Below are positions 12,158 to 24,862 of a stretch of DNA of 64,000 nucleotides, piece by piece. The position numbers and the translations under genes were made by a program. The notes beneath the pieces were generated by a model. It searched no databases. It saw only the letters and a program-made list of their open reading frames with translations, and was not told the origin of the DNA. Position 1 is the first letter of the stretch, and each line of letters starts with the position of its first letter. Source of the DNA: Takakia lepidozioides (Eukaryota; Plantae; Bryophyta); NCBI GenBank assembly GCA_030704615.1, contig CM060731.1:77748001-77812000 (forward strand). Direction: 5' to 3'.

Positions 12158-12868
12158 TGTAAAGGATCTGACTCTCTTTTCTTTGTCCAACTATGACAAA
12201 ATTTCAGGCGCTTTGCTTGGTTTGCTGTTCACAGGGAATTTACCAAAACTCTAAGGAAAACTGATTGCTCGGGATTTTGTTTCAATCGGACTCTCATCTA
12301 TATCTGAATTCCAGCCAAGGCCCTATTCTTATTCCACTTCCCTCATTTACAAATTCACAGATCGATCAAGTGATCGTCACTCCTACTCTGGCCTGATTCC
12401 TTGTTCAAAAGATCTCCCTGTCAACCTATGTACTCATCTCATGCCATTCTATCTATGCACAGTACTGGACTACGATGTCCAGTCCTCCCCTCCACCACAC
12501 CGTGCATCAACACATTCTATCACCATAGACCAGTGCAGATCGATCTTTTTTCTTCTTCTCACGACCTCTTTTTCTACTCACCAAAAAGCACAACACCGGC
12601 TACGTCCGGTCCGCCCAGCCACCACGCCATGCTACACTAGTTTCCTGTCAATACAGATCTGCTCTAGATGCATGTACACCATCATTCTTTTCTCTTCTCC
12701 ACTCTTGCCATCTCCAAGCCCACTTTCTTAAATCCCTAATCGTGGATCTGTTCGTGAACGCGAGCCTGCTCCATTCGACCTGCAACTGTCAGTTCGGCGG
12801 TCTTCTAGCAGTCACTTGCTTCGCCAAACTGGTCGACAGGTCTCGATCTTTGTTCAAGGCACCTAACA
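12158..12868 (-). repeat. 3' LTR of chromovirus
   Basis: Near-identical to 16688-17399; adjacent to the PPT. Confidence 0.95.
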
Positions 12869-14281
12869 AACTCCCCCTCCCAAAGACAGGTCATTGTCCT
12901 CAATGACAGAAAATGAGGGGTAACTCAATGTCAATTCATTTTCCTTCTCCCAAGTAGCTTCTGTCTCTGGGTAATGCAACCACTTAATCAAATGTTCTTT
13001 CCAAGAACGGTTGCACAGGTGCTTTACTCGCATTTCTAGAATCTTTTCGGGTTCAGCCATCAGCTGACCATCATTCATGGCTTGAGGCAACGTCGGCAAG
13101 ATGTGTGATGAGTCCGACATATACCTCCGAAGAAGACTGACATGGAAAGTTTTATGGATCTTCCATGTTGGAGGCAGATCCAACTCATAGGCCACTGTGC
13201 CATGGCGTTCCAGGATTTTAAACGGACCACAAAATCTTGGTGACAACTTATAACACTTGCCTAGTGTTAGGTTGCTTCTTTTAGGTGTAACTTTCAAAAA
13301 CACCATATCACCAATGGCAAATTCACGAAAAGTCCTACGCTTATCAGCAAAGAACTTGGCCCGTTCTTGTGCAGCCTGCTAACTACGCTTCACCAGATCT
13401 AGGACAGAGTGGATCTCTTTGATTCTGTCATTCACGCTTTGCACATTTGATGGTGGTGTGATAAGCGAAGCAGGAGCTAAGCAATCTCGTCCATATAAAG
13501 CTTCAAATGGGCTCATGCCAATGGCACTGTGGAAATGCTTGTTATAAGCAAATTCCACCATATACAGATATTGTTCCCAAGATGACTGTCTTTCACCAAC
13601 GTACATTCTCAACATATCTTCAATTGTACGGTTGGTCCTTTCTGTTTGGGCATCTGTTTCTGGGTGAAAGGCCGTACTCAATTTCACCTTGGTTCCCAAT
13701 TTCTTAAACAAGTCAATCCAAAAATGACTTGTGAACTTTGAGTCCCTGTCACAAATAATCTCCCGAGGCAGACCATGGATCCTGAATATCTCTTTCATGT
13801 ACAAGGATGCAACATCAGATGCCGTAGCACTCATCCTTGTAGGTATCAAGTGGGCTATCTTAGACAGCCTATCTACAACCACCATGATACTGTCATGGCC
13901 ACTTTTGGTCCTGGGCAATGCCACAATGAAATCCATACTAATGGACTCCCAATTCCATCCAGGAACAGATAATGGTTGTAATAATCCAGGAGGTCTGACT
14001 CTCTCTGACTTCGAAACCTGACATGGGAAACATTTCTGCACATATTCTTTAATTTCTCTCTTCATACCCGGCCAAAAATAGTGCTTCCGTATTGACCAAT
14101 AGGTTCTCTGAAAGCCCGGGTGTCCAGAGATTGGAATATTGTGACTGTCATGAATAATGCGCAATCTCAAGTCTGGAATCAGGGGAACACAAAGCCGACC
14201 ATTATAAAATAACACCCCATCTCTCAAGAGGTATGGCCAGTACTTCTCTTTCTCAATAGAAGTTCTCTGATCACAAGACAA
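12863..14281 (-). pseudogene. Chromovirus integrase (HHCC, DDE core, GPF) plus chromodomain; one in-frame stop at 13379
   Basis: HPGFQRTY..CFPCQ, SISMDFI, VVVDRLSK, CDRDSKF, FHPETDAQTERTN, FCGPF, EPEKIL..LIKWLHYPETEATWE. Confidence 0.93.
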
Positions 14282-14286
14282 ACTCT

Positions 14287-15567
14287 TTAATGGCTCTTTG
14301 AAGAATTCATCGACCTCATGTCTTGAAATATAGTGCTACTGACGCATGAGACAACATTAACGTGTAATGGTCTCCTAGAAAGTGCATCAACAATCACATT
14401 TTTTTTCTCTTTGACATACTTTAGGTCATAATGGAACTGTTGAAGCAGTTCTGACCACCTGATTCGTTTTGAAAAAACTTGACTCCCATATAGATAGTCA
14501 AACAAATCGTCCACACGAGGTAAAGGGAACTTATTCTTGATGGTGACCTTATTCAACCATCTATAGTCCACACACAGTCTCAAAGTTCCGTCTTTCTTCT
14601 TCTTAAACATTACAAGGACACCCCAAGGGGATTTACTTGGACGTATATACCCCTTTTCCAACAAGTCATTCAACTGCCTTTCTAATTCTTCATTTTCTGC
14701 AATTGAATGTCTGTACGGTGCCCTTGCAACCGGTACAACATCTGACATCAACTCGATTGCATGATCAACCTCCCGTTCAGGGGGCATCCCAGGGAGCTCA
14801 TCAGGAAACATATCTTTATATTCATTCAGGACCAGGTAAAGTCTGGGATGTGACTTCCCTTCTCCCTGATTTGTTTCCAAGATCTCATGCAAGCTAACAG
14901 CAAAAAGCTGAGCATTTCCCTTCCGGATACATCTCTTCATTTGAATAGCTGACAAAACAGGTATATTGGGAAGAGCTCTAATACCTTTGATATTGAATCC
15001 CTTCCCGTTGGGCAAGGTACCACTAACCAGTCCGGATTTGCAAGCCACCACAGCATCAACCGGATCCAGCCACCGCATGCCAAGGATGCAGTCGTACCGA
15101 GCTCCCTCCCAGACCTCGAAGTCAGCCATAGTCCGTACTCCTTGCATGTCCAATGGTACCTTTGGGATGTGTTTGTGCGTAGAATCCACGCCACCATCTG
15201 GTAACAAGATTTGACAGGGTTGCATGTCTTCTTGAACTAGTCCCAATTTGTCAGCAAAATCCTTTGACAACAGGTTGTGAGTGCTGCCAGTATCAATCAG
15301 CACTTGAGTGGGAATTCCAGCCACTCTCCCATGAACCCGTATCACACTGGGGTCATGCTCTATTTGGTCTCCAATGATAGCTGCAGAAACCCGCACATTA
15401 GGACCTTTCCCATTTTCTTGTCCTGATTTCTCTCCAGTTTCAACAACCACATAAGGTTCTGTAGGTCCTTCAACTGTTAAGGCGGCTGTCTGTCGAGCCT
15501 GACGAGAATTTGGGTACTTCATACACTCAGCAGCTCTGTGTCCAGGTTCATGGCACAAGAAACACAA
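14287..15567 (-). pseudogene. Chromovirus zinc knuckle, aspartic protease and N-terminal RT fused to the end of RNase H
   Basis: [50 protein letters not shown] joined directly to [17 protein letters not shown]. Confidence 0.92.
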
Positions 15568-15591
15568 ACCCTTACGCCTGTGTTCTTCATG

Positions 15592-16608
15592 TTATTTGAA
15601 ACTGAGCTTTGGGGGAGCCCTCATTGGCGGTCTCCGTATAGTTTGATCCCCCGCCTTCTTAAACGGTTTAAATCTCTTCCAATTCCCTCTCTTCGCTGGT
15701 GACTGCCAAGGACCAGATGATCTAGGCTTGAACTCGGCCGTGCCACGAGCAAAGTTCGAAGAACGTTGTGCCCTTACTTCATTCTCAAAATTGCAAGCCA
15801 AACGATATGCTTCTGCCTCTGTACAAGGGTTGTGGGCTTTGACCTTAAATTTGAGAGAATCACTGAGGCCATCGACAAAAAAATCAACTCTGTCCTCTTC
15901 ACTCAACGAGGGGAAATAACTGGCATGGGTTTCAAATCTCGTCTTAAACTCTCCCACGCTCATAGTCTCCTGTCTCAGTCTGAACAATTCAACTTTCATC
16001 TTGTGTGCATAGTCGCCAGGTAGATAATGGGCTAAGAACAGTGTCTTAAACATAGCCCAACTATCCACAGATGGTTTCTTGTGTTCACGGCGTTCCTGCT
16101 TCTGACGCGACCACCATAGCTTGGCGGCATCACGGAGCTGTAGAGCAGCTGTCTGTATCTTGGCTTCCTCTGAATAATCGTCCTCAAAGAACTCTTCTAA
16201 GGTATCCAAGAAAGACAATATTTCTTCAGGCTTGACAGATGGCTTACCATAGAATTCTGGCAACTTCACCAATCTTCTGATCTCCCTGGTGACATCCTTG
16301 CTTCTTTTCATCTTGGCCTCATGGGAGTCAGCCTCAGATTCGTCCTCATTCAGTGGCTCACTCACAGGCAGCTCCCTAGATCGCTTGTCAGTTTGAGTTT
16401 GTGCAGGGGCCAACTTCTGTATCTCAGATCGAATCAAAGTACCTAAGGCCTCCATTTGCTGCTGGGAAAATAACTGACTTCCATGTTCGCGATCTGAAGC
16501 TCGGTGTAGACTGGCCGCATCTGAGCGCTCACGATCTCCAGCCATTTCACTATCTTGATCGTCGTCACCAGGTTGCGTGCTCACAGAGCCGAACGAGATC
16601 TGGCTCAT
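15592..16608 (-). pseudogene. Chromovirus gag
   Basis: LPEFYG, AALQLRDAAKLWW, SWAMFKTLFLAHY, LRQETMSVGEF, FVDGL (retrotransposon gag pattern). Confidence 0.9.
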
Positions 16609-16687
16609 TCACACGATTACCCTACTTCTGGAAATTGCGAAATCCACAATCTGTTCTGCCCGATCGCAAACCAGCTCTGATACCACT

Positions 16688-17399
16688 TGTAAAGGATCTA
16701 ACTCTCTTTTCCTTGTCCAACTATGACAAAATTTCAGGCGCTTTGCTTGGTTTGCTGTTCACAGGGAATTTACCAAAACTCCAAGGAAAATTGATTGCTC
16801 GGGATTTTGTTTCAACCGGACTCTCATCTATATCTGAATTCCAGCCAAGGCCCTATTCTTATTCCACTTCCCTCATTTACAAATTCACAGATCGATCAAG
16901 TGATCGTCACTCCTACTCTGGCCTGATTCCTTGTTCAAAAGATCTCCCTGTCAACCTATGTACTCCTCTCATGCCATTCTATCTATGCACAGTACTGGAC
17001 TGCGATGTCCAGTCCTCCCCTCCACCACCACACCGTGCATCAACACATTCTATCACCATAGACCAATGCAGATCGATCCTTTTTCTTCTTCTCACGACCT
17101 CTTTTTCTGTTCACCAAAAAGCACAACGCCGGCTACGTCCGGTCCGCCCAGCCACCACGCCATGCTACACTAGTTTCCTGTCAATACAGATCTGCTCTAG
17201 ATGCATGTACACCATCATTCTTTTCTCTTCTCCACTCTTGCCATCTCCAAGCCACTTTCTTAAATCCCTAATCGTGGATCTGTTCGTGAACGCGAGCATG
17301 CTCCATTCGACCTGCAACTGTCAGTTAGGCGGTCTTCTAGCAGTCACTTGCTTCGCCAAACTGGTCGACAGGTCTCATCTTTGTTCAAGGCACCTAACA
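16688..17399 (-). repeat. 5' LTR of chromovirus
   Basis: Repeat of 12158-12868; followed on the - strand by the tRNA-iMet PBS. Confidence 0.95.
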
Positions 17400-17719
17400 A
17401 GAACCCATCTAAAGATTCTTAACTACGGGTAAACTAGTATTGCTTGCAGGGCGTCGTGCGTTTTTTTCTCTTTCGTGAGATTTCGATCTTCCTCTGTGAG
17501 ATTCGTATTCCTGTCCATAACTACATGTGGAAGTGCTCAAAGATGAGTCCCCATGAAGATGTCCCTTGTGAGTTTACCACAAGAATTTATTTTGTGGACA
17601 TAACAGAACCAGGGAGTGCAAGACTTAGTATGCCGCACGATCATCACAAAGTCTTATTCCTTTCCGGGATTCCTAGGCCAGTCATGTAGAAGCAAAATGT
17701 TTACAAGGAGAACTTTAAT

Positions 17720-18545
17720 CTAAGTTACTCTTTCATGAGCTTTGCAGTCATTAACGCGAATCTGCCCTTGTGTGGGATTCAAAACACCTAGCGAACTCAT
17801 CTTAACTATTGCTTGTTTCCACTTAGTGAAGAACGTGGTCTGACTGTTTGCAAGTGCAGTCACAGTAGGACTTGTACGGCTGTCGAGCCACAGCTCTTGG
17901 TCACTTGTCAACACACCGAAGCCCTTCCGGAGACCACGGAAGTACTGGTAGTCGAAATTGGTAATGGTATTGACATCCAGAGGTGCGACTAAGGTTGGGT
18001 CCGTGGTGGGATTTGGGCATATATTTTGTAGCTGTCCCACCAAATCAGCATTCATGATCGGGTCAGAGCCAGTTGTGCTGTTCGGATAGTAGTACAGCCG
18101 GTTGATAAATGAGTTGCAGTGAGCGAATCCAATTGTGTGAGCACCTGCCAATATGAGTAATAGGAGCTTCTGCATATGAGCTTCGGATGTAGTATGTACA
18201 CATCAGGACGCCTTGAGAGTACGTTATACTCTGAAACATTTTGTAACTTAAAACAGGCAGAAAAACTAGTACGCTCATTAGACATTAACTAAGAGCGTGA
18301 TGTTACAAATGGTACTTTGTTTTTTCGCCTTACCAAGTTCCAAGTGACTGTTGTTCAAAGAAGGTTCCCAAATACTCACCGGACAGAGTAACCATATCGG
18401 TTAAGTTGAGACCGGCGTTAGTGAAAATTGAAAGTAGTTGAGTAATATTCATATCTTGTTGGGGCAGCTTTGTAGGCACTGAAGAGGCATATGAAACCAT
18501 TGAATCGTAACGCCCCAGCGGAACATTCCAGGTAGGTCCTCCAGC
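17720..18545 (-). pseudogene. Second class III peroxidase; only exons 3 (18545-18380) and 4 (18144-17720) found
   Basis: AGGPTWNVPLGRYDS..LTDMVTLS|GAHTIGFAHC..FDYQYF..GVLTSDQELW..GQIRVNDC. AG/GT sites in phase. No FHDC or SCAD exons recognised upstream in the window. Confidence 0.88.
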
Positions 18546-18819
18546 CTGTGTTCGTTGGCCAATTCCAATAAGATGCCTAGATCTCTATCTATGCAACATG
18601 TTGGAATGCCTATTCTGATCAAGTGATTGCATGTATAGAGCCTCACCAGCTTTAGTGTAAGTGACAAGTGCTATTACTTTCAACACCGTTAGTCATAGCG
18701 AAACATGACTATGTACAAGCCTTGCAGTACAATGAGCATACTCATTGTAGAAATGCACACACTAGCATCTACCTAAGCAAAAGCTATATCATGAAATTGA
18801 TACTACATATATATATTAA

Positions 18820-18901
18820 GAGAGAAGCCTCTGGCTAGTGGAGTGGACCTGCGCAACTTCGCCTTACGGCTACTACTGCCCCTTTCGGTGGTGGGCCCTA
18901 T
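18820..18901 (-). mobile_element. 82-bp, extremely 5'-truncated relative of the LINE 3' end, with TSD
   Basis: Matches 4598-4678 (gaagcctc..acttcgcctt.cggctact..cctttc.g.ggtgggccctat). Flanked by catatatatattaa (18806-18819) and catgtatatattaa (18902-18915). Confidence 0.75.
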
Positions 18902-19129
18902 CATGTATATATTAACACTCATTCGAAGCCGGGAAGCAATGGTTACGTAACAATCGTATGAGGAGTGCCACGTCAATATTGTGAGAATGACTTGACAGTT
19001 GCAACATCTAGTAGAAGCGGGACAGCAATGGTGATGTGGCAGTAATACGAGGAGTGCTACGATTCAGCGTGGTGACTCGTAGCTCGTTTCGTAGCTACGT
19101 TACGTTACGTCTCGTAGCGTCGTTACGAG

Positions 19130-19250
19130 ATCATTTCGTAACTCTTGGTGACTTCGTCGCTCTTGGTGACTTCGTAGATGGAGATCATTTCATAGCTCTT
19201 GGTGACTCGGTAGATCCAGATTCGTTCGTAGCTCTTGATGACTTCGTGGT
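19130..19250. repeat. Degenerate tandem repeat (ctcttggtgacttcgt units)
   Basis: Four copies of ctctt(g)gtgact-like units, directly visible. Confidence 0.7.
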
Positions 19251-19314
19251 TCATTCAACGTAGTGACTACATAGTGAGTTGCAGTAACTCACTGGTCACA
19301 CTGCAATTCTACAA

Positions 19315-19954
19315 TTCAACAAGCGCCGGAAGAGTGGGTGGTACCTCAAGTAGATCAGTGGAAGCATATGGAATCATGGGATATGTTGCCTTTGGATGAC
19401 ATCATGGTTGGGTATCAAGCCTGAAGGAAAAAGATCTTCCCTCCTTACCTTTGCATATAGCTGGACTTGGATGCCACAAGATACTTTTTTTGGAAGTACA
19501 GACAAAAGCCAACGGCCAACTCCTCCCTCTTCAGTCCAAAAAAGGCTTCACAGCTCCGAAGCCTGATTAGAACGAAAAGACATCAAAACACAAGGGGGTG
19601 AATCGGTAAGTCATAGACCATAATTGACTCATCTCTGGCCATTGACGTCTGGCTTGCATGCTCCCTTCGTATGGATATCGGGACCGGGCGCAGTGACATC
19701 TCCATTATTTAGCGATTCACCCCCTTGTAGTTTGATGTCTTTTCGTTCTTCGGGTTGACTGAAGAGGGAGGAGTTGGCCGTTGGCTTCTGTCTGTTCCAA
19801 AACAAGTATCTTGTGGCACCAGGTCCAGCTACATGCAAAGGTAAGAAGGAAGATCCCCAATCCATGTTGTCATCTAGAGGCAACATATCCCATGATTCCA
19901 TGTGCTTCCACTGATCTACTTCAGGTACCACCCAATCTTCCAGCGCTTGTTGAA
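19315..19954. repeat. Long imperfect inverted repeat (arms ~19315-19605 and ~19713-19954)
   Basis: ttcaacaagcgc..gtagatcagtggaagca..ggaatcatgggatatgttgcc..caagggggtgaatcg is reverse-complemented in 19713-19954. Confidence 0.9.
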
Positions 19955-22900
19955 CCTCATCGGACGCTGATAATAACCAGCCATTTCCTGGTGACAGTCC
20001 TGATGTTTCTATGGTTGCAGATAGTAACCAGAATAAACTTACACACGCGTTTGAGCAAAGTTCTGACAGCGTATCTAGATGGCGTTGATAAGTGAACGTA
20101 CAGTCCGGGCAGGCTTAAAGTCTCTATAGACACCAAGTAAAAAGAAGAAGAAGAAGAAGATCTGCAACTGATTGCAATGAACTTCAACAAAATTGATAGA
20201 ATCTACATAGACAGAGAGCCAGCACACGATATAAAATCTAGCAGAGCATGTCAGTGATCAGTTTGGTGTCCAGAGGGGAATGAGAAGGAGTGTTTAATAT
20301 AAGCTCTGTCTTGCAATCGCCATCGCCCTCCCCACGAGGCACTATCCGCTCTTGCAATGGCCATCGCTATCGCCCTTCCCACACTCGGGGATGGAAATTT
20401 TGCGGCGGCACACGCGATTGTCTGTTCACCGTTCAATTCTGGACGTAACGTCCAAGGGATATTTCGTTTTTCCCTGGCCGTCCGATAGAACGAATCGACG
20501 GTATGGATCGCAAGGTCTGGGGATTGAAGTTCGGGAACTCGTGCGCATCGTCTCTTTTGCCATCCGACGCGCTTGTGTTATCAGAGAGATGTCATGTTTG
20601 CTTTACTCGCTCATTCTCGTTGTGTTGTGTTTGCTGCAGCACAGTGCTCCTGATCCCACCTGGGATCAGAGAATTGAATCAGGTCGGTGTGAGCTCTACT
20701 GTTTCAACAAGTTTCTGCTACGGGTGGTAAATCTACTGCGATCGCTCTTAGCTTTGCGTTCTGTGAAGTTTTTCCAGTATGAAGTCAAACAAGAGAAGTG
20801 AGAGTCAAGGATTTAGGAAATGTTTACGTCCGCGGGGATCGGCTGAAAGGCCCTGGAAAGGACATAGCAAAGAGCGACTAGAGAAATGGGCTTGGAGTTC
20901 CATAGATCATCTGCACATCAATCATCCCGAATTGATTCGCGCTGGAAGACCCTTGTCTTTTCTTGAAAATAATGTGGATCCTGCAAAAAAATTACTGGAG
21001 AATTCAGAAATGCGTCCACAAGATGAAATGTGTTTTGGCAAAGAATATGTGCTGGACCACGTGCTGGCGAATTCTCTAGGTGTGCGATCAATGGAAGAGG
21101 TTTTTGCAACAGCAACTTGGGGCTCTGTTTCCGACGTCCTCCAGCCAGATCATCAGCGGCTATAGCAGGATTCAGTAAGCGTCAGCATGAAACGCCATGC
21201 CGAACCACGTGATCTGTGTTGAGGAGACATGGACGAATGCATGGGAATATACCAAAATGGTGAACTTTGAGGATCAACAGTCCTCTTCCTCTAAGATTGA
21301 GGTTTCTTCAGGCCGGGAGGATGCACAAAGACCTATTACTGCGGTCCAAGGCCAATGGGTGGGCTGGAAAATATTCGACAAGGTGAAACAACATGTTGAA
21401 GTGGGTGTACTTGGAATTGAAACCTCTGAGATGCAAGTGGTACTTGGGCCAATATTGGAGGACTTGCTTTTTCGATCAGATGAATGTGGACATAGCACTC
21501 ATTCAGCTACTATAATAGCGCTAAGTAATGAGGCAAATCTTCCACAGACATGGGGAGACTCTGTTCAGTCCACAGACGAAGGTGATGACTCGCTTGACGT
21601 CGAAATAATGAGTGCTTTGGAGAATGTCGAGCTATATGCCATGAGCTGGACGTCGAAATAGAAATTATGAACTCTTTGGAGAATGAACATGAACCTCGAA
21701 CGAACGAACCGAACAAACATGAACCTCGGACGACAAATGGACGGCGTGGTCATAGATGTGCAGTTGAATCAAATCAAAGCGTCGAAAAAGCTACCAAGAA
21801 GCCAAAATTACCCAAGGGGTTGAAACGGTAGGGGACTCATTAAAACGTCCAGTATTGGCTGGCGATGTGCTTTGCAGGCCAGTGCTTTCACATAGAAAAT
21901 CTTTAGATCTGACCTACTTAATACTTCCGTACAGCTCCACGGTTTCCATCACAACAATTACCGGAAAGCACCAGCCAACTTCGATCGTTTTTCTGAAACT
22001 TGTTCAAATTTGTTGCAGCCGCTGGGATGGGAAAAAGCATCTTTATGAGGCCAACTATCCAGAGACTATCCAGCCCCAGACGGGAAAAGAGGTGCACGTA
22101 ACAAGTGTTGCACCTAAAGACTGATCCAAAATTATGTAGTGCAATTCACTCAAAATTTACACTTCACAGGCTTCTAGAATCAAATGCATCTTTGTGACAT
22201 ATCCTGCATACAATTATCTTCGATAGCTTCTAGATGCGTTGGGGCACCAACATCTAAAAGTAGCTGTGCAGAACTTACTTTGTCCAGAATCTGGATCTCC
22301 TAGAACATGTGATTGTTGCTCCTTGCTAACTGTCTTATTGGTGGCGATGGCATGTTTATTGGCCGTGAATGTTCAAATTTGCAAACGGACCTCAAAATTC
22401 AGTCTACTTAGATCTCAATCCTATTCAGTAGTGCTCGACCAACGAAATTTCAGAACTTGTATGGGGTCACAGATCAGCTAGACTTGTTCATGTTTAGCAC
22501 ATCCCTCCTATGAGTCACTCCATATTAGAATAAGAGATGAAAATTTGGGGAGTCCTCTGATCTATGTACATTTCTTTGCAGGCGGTGACTTGGAAGCAGC
22601 TTGGATATGTAATGGATCGACAAGGTATCGTGTTTTATGCTGATGGGACCCGTTTGAAAAAATTTAGTAACTGTCAAGAGGCATGGACATACAATCTGAG
22701 AGAGCCCTGATGTTTCGAATAATGTACCAGTGAGAAGATCGGAGGGTGAGTCTATCAAAGGCAAACAACTTAGCCCGAAAGGAGGAACATGAACGTTTGA
22801 TGAAGGACACAAGTACTGCCTTGCCTCTTCAGTGAAATTGCACTAAAATGTTTTCTTTACTCTTCCTTGCACTTTTTGGGGATTCGTTACAGACAATGTA

Positions 22901-23538
22901 AGGTTCATGAATGTGAAAGACTTCCCCATCCAAGTCGAAATTCCAGTAGAATTGTGCTCAGAGAGAGAAAATGAAATGAAATAAAACTGTATAATTCTGC
23001 GGGAGAGAGAGGGAGAGATTGGAGAGTGCCCATTCTAGCCTTGGTGAGCTGCAACAGCCGGGAGCAGAAACATGGTGGGTGGAAGCACAAGAAGAGAGAG
23101 CGACCCTTTATAATGGCCACAGAGGGCCACAAAGGTCCATGGGACAGGGTAGAACAAATCAAGGCCTACTCACCTTTGTACCGGGTGCCCTACCCTTGCT
23201 CACGGTATAGGACTTGCCTTTGTACAGAGAAAGACAGAAAGAGAGGGACTGATACAACCTTCACAAGCCGGAATAGCTTGAGAGAAATCAGAGAAAGAAA
23301 GGTATGGGGGAGGTCCAGGTCAAGAGAGGTTTCGTTTGAGTTTTCTGATCAAAGATAGGAAAAGTGGTCTCTGAAGGTGTGAGGCATTACAGGTACATGG
23401 AGGGATTGGTCAACGCCAGCCAAAGAAGTTCAAAAAGTTGTCTCGAGATTTTGAAGGCCACTCAGTTTGCTAAGGAAATTGCGACAATTGTAGCAAACTC
23501 TCTTCCGGAAACGCCTGGCGCAGCTGAGACCTCCCCCA

Positions 23539-24862
23539 TGTAGAAAGTATCTAGTTACACTGGATAGTGTGCACGTAGGATATGTACTTCAAAATACTGT
23601 AGATCGGCCTTACTCATTAGTTAGCACTCTCTCTCACTATCTCCAATTACTCATCGCTACGATCTACACTTACTCGTAGCTAAGCATAGATCTCTTCTTT
23701 TCCCTCTAGTATACCGTTACTGTAATCATTCTTCGGTGTTGGGGGTTGCATACTCCTTGCATATTTAGTGTCACACCCTGCAAGGTAATTGTATCTCAAT
23801 TCTATGCAGAGCGCATGAGGCTTGCTAAATCTGTGACTTAGTTATGAGTAAAGATCTTTTGGCATCTCTTGACTAACTCAAGTCTGTCCTAATTCAGTGT
23901 TTTCAATAGGTTATGGGCCCACGACCCTTATTTCCATAGGCAGACTTGTTTCTTTTGTTACTACACTTACTCACGTTCCCGATAGTCCCGACAGTCTGTT
24001 AGAAACGCTAGTTTTGTGGTACATAGATTTGTTTTAGAGATCAATTTTTTCTAGAGTCCCCTCAGCAAGCATGGCAACCAGGAATGATCCTAGAGACCTG
24101 GTCACCGTTGAGAAGTTCAACGGAGAAAATTTCCAGTTGTGGAAATTTCATATGAGTGTCATGTTTCGTGCCAAAAAGCTTCTAGAAATTATTACTGGAG
24201 AGGCCACAAAGGAGAATGCTGAAGATGAAGATGAATGGACTGACAAAGATAATGTTTGTCATCTATTATTTGTTCTGCTATTCATACTAAGTTTATGCAT
24301 CAGTTGATGACTTGCAGAACCGCTCACCAGATGTGGCGATGTCTTTGCACTGTACACGAGAAAAACGCTGCTGAGAACCTGCAAGTGCTTCAGCAGAAGT
24401 TCTATGAATACCGCATGACAGCTGATGACAACGTTGCTGATCACATCAACACCATTGAAGTTATGGCAAACCAATTGACTGATCTTGGAGAGCCCATTTC
24501 TGAAAAAGCCGTCATCACCAAGATTATGGGAACTCTGCCATCGAGTTTCAGGCATTTGGCATTTGCATGGGATAGTGTCCCCGTCGATCAGCAGACCATT
24601 GACAGTCTCACTCTTCGGCTGCTCAAGGAGGATCGTCGAAACAACGCTCAGGCTATTCCAGATGAAAGCATTGACAAGGCTTTCTTTTTAAATCGACCAG
24701 GGACAAGTGTGCAGAGACAAACTGTTGAAGAGAGGAACGAGCGTGCAGAGCACATTGCTGAACTCAAAAAAAGGACCAGGTGCAACTATTGCCGTGCGAA
24801 GGGGCATTGGGCGAAGGAGTGCCCGAAAAGGAAAGAAGATGAGAAGAAAAAGAGCAAGGCAA
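23539..24862 (+). mobile_element. Truncated Ty1/Copia: putative 5' LTR (~23539-23908), half-tRNA-iMet PBS, gag
   Basis: PBS GGTTATGGGCCCA at 23909-23921. gag 24071-24862 VEKFNGENFQLWK, UBN2-like region, CNYCRAKGHWAKEC; frameshift near 24256-24300. Cut at 24863 by a CACTA end. LTR left edge is tentative. Confidence 0.85.

Larger units (their letters stand above)
12158..17399 (-). mobile_element. Ty3/Gypsy chromovirus LTR retrotransposon with both LTRs, internally deleted
   Basis: TG..CA LTRs at 12158-12868 and 16688-17399. TSD AGAAC at 12153-12157 and 17400-17404. PBS TGGTATCAGAGC (tRNA-iMet) at ~16674-16685. PPT GGGAGGGGGAG at ~12871-12881. Order gag-PR-RT-(deletion)-IN-chromodomain. Confidence 0.97.

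Noticed and set aside
16401-17432. 343-aa + strand ORF
   Set aside because: Antisense to gag and across the LTR; the other LTR copy has a stop in this frame (12251-12255 region); no domain.
22897-23391. Possible solo LTR (TG..CA, TATA-like and CT-rich on the - strand)
   Set aside because: No matching TSD or second copy in the window.
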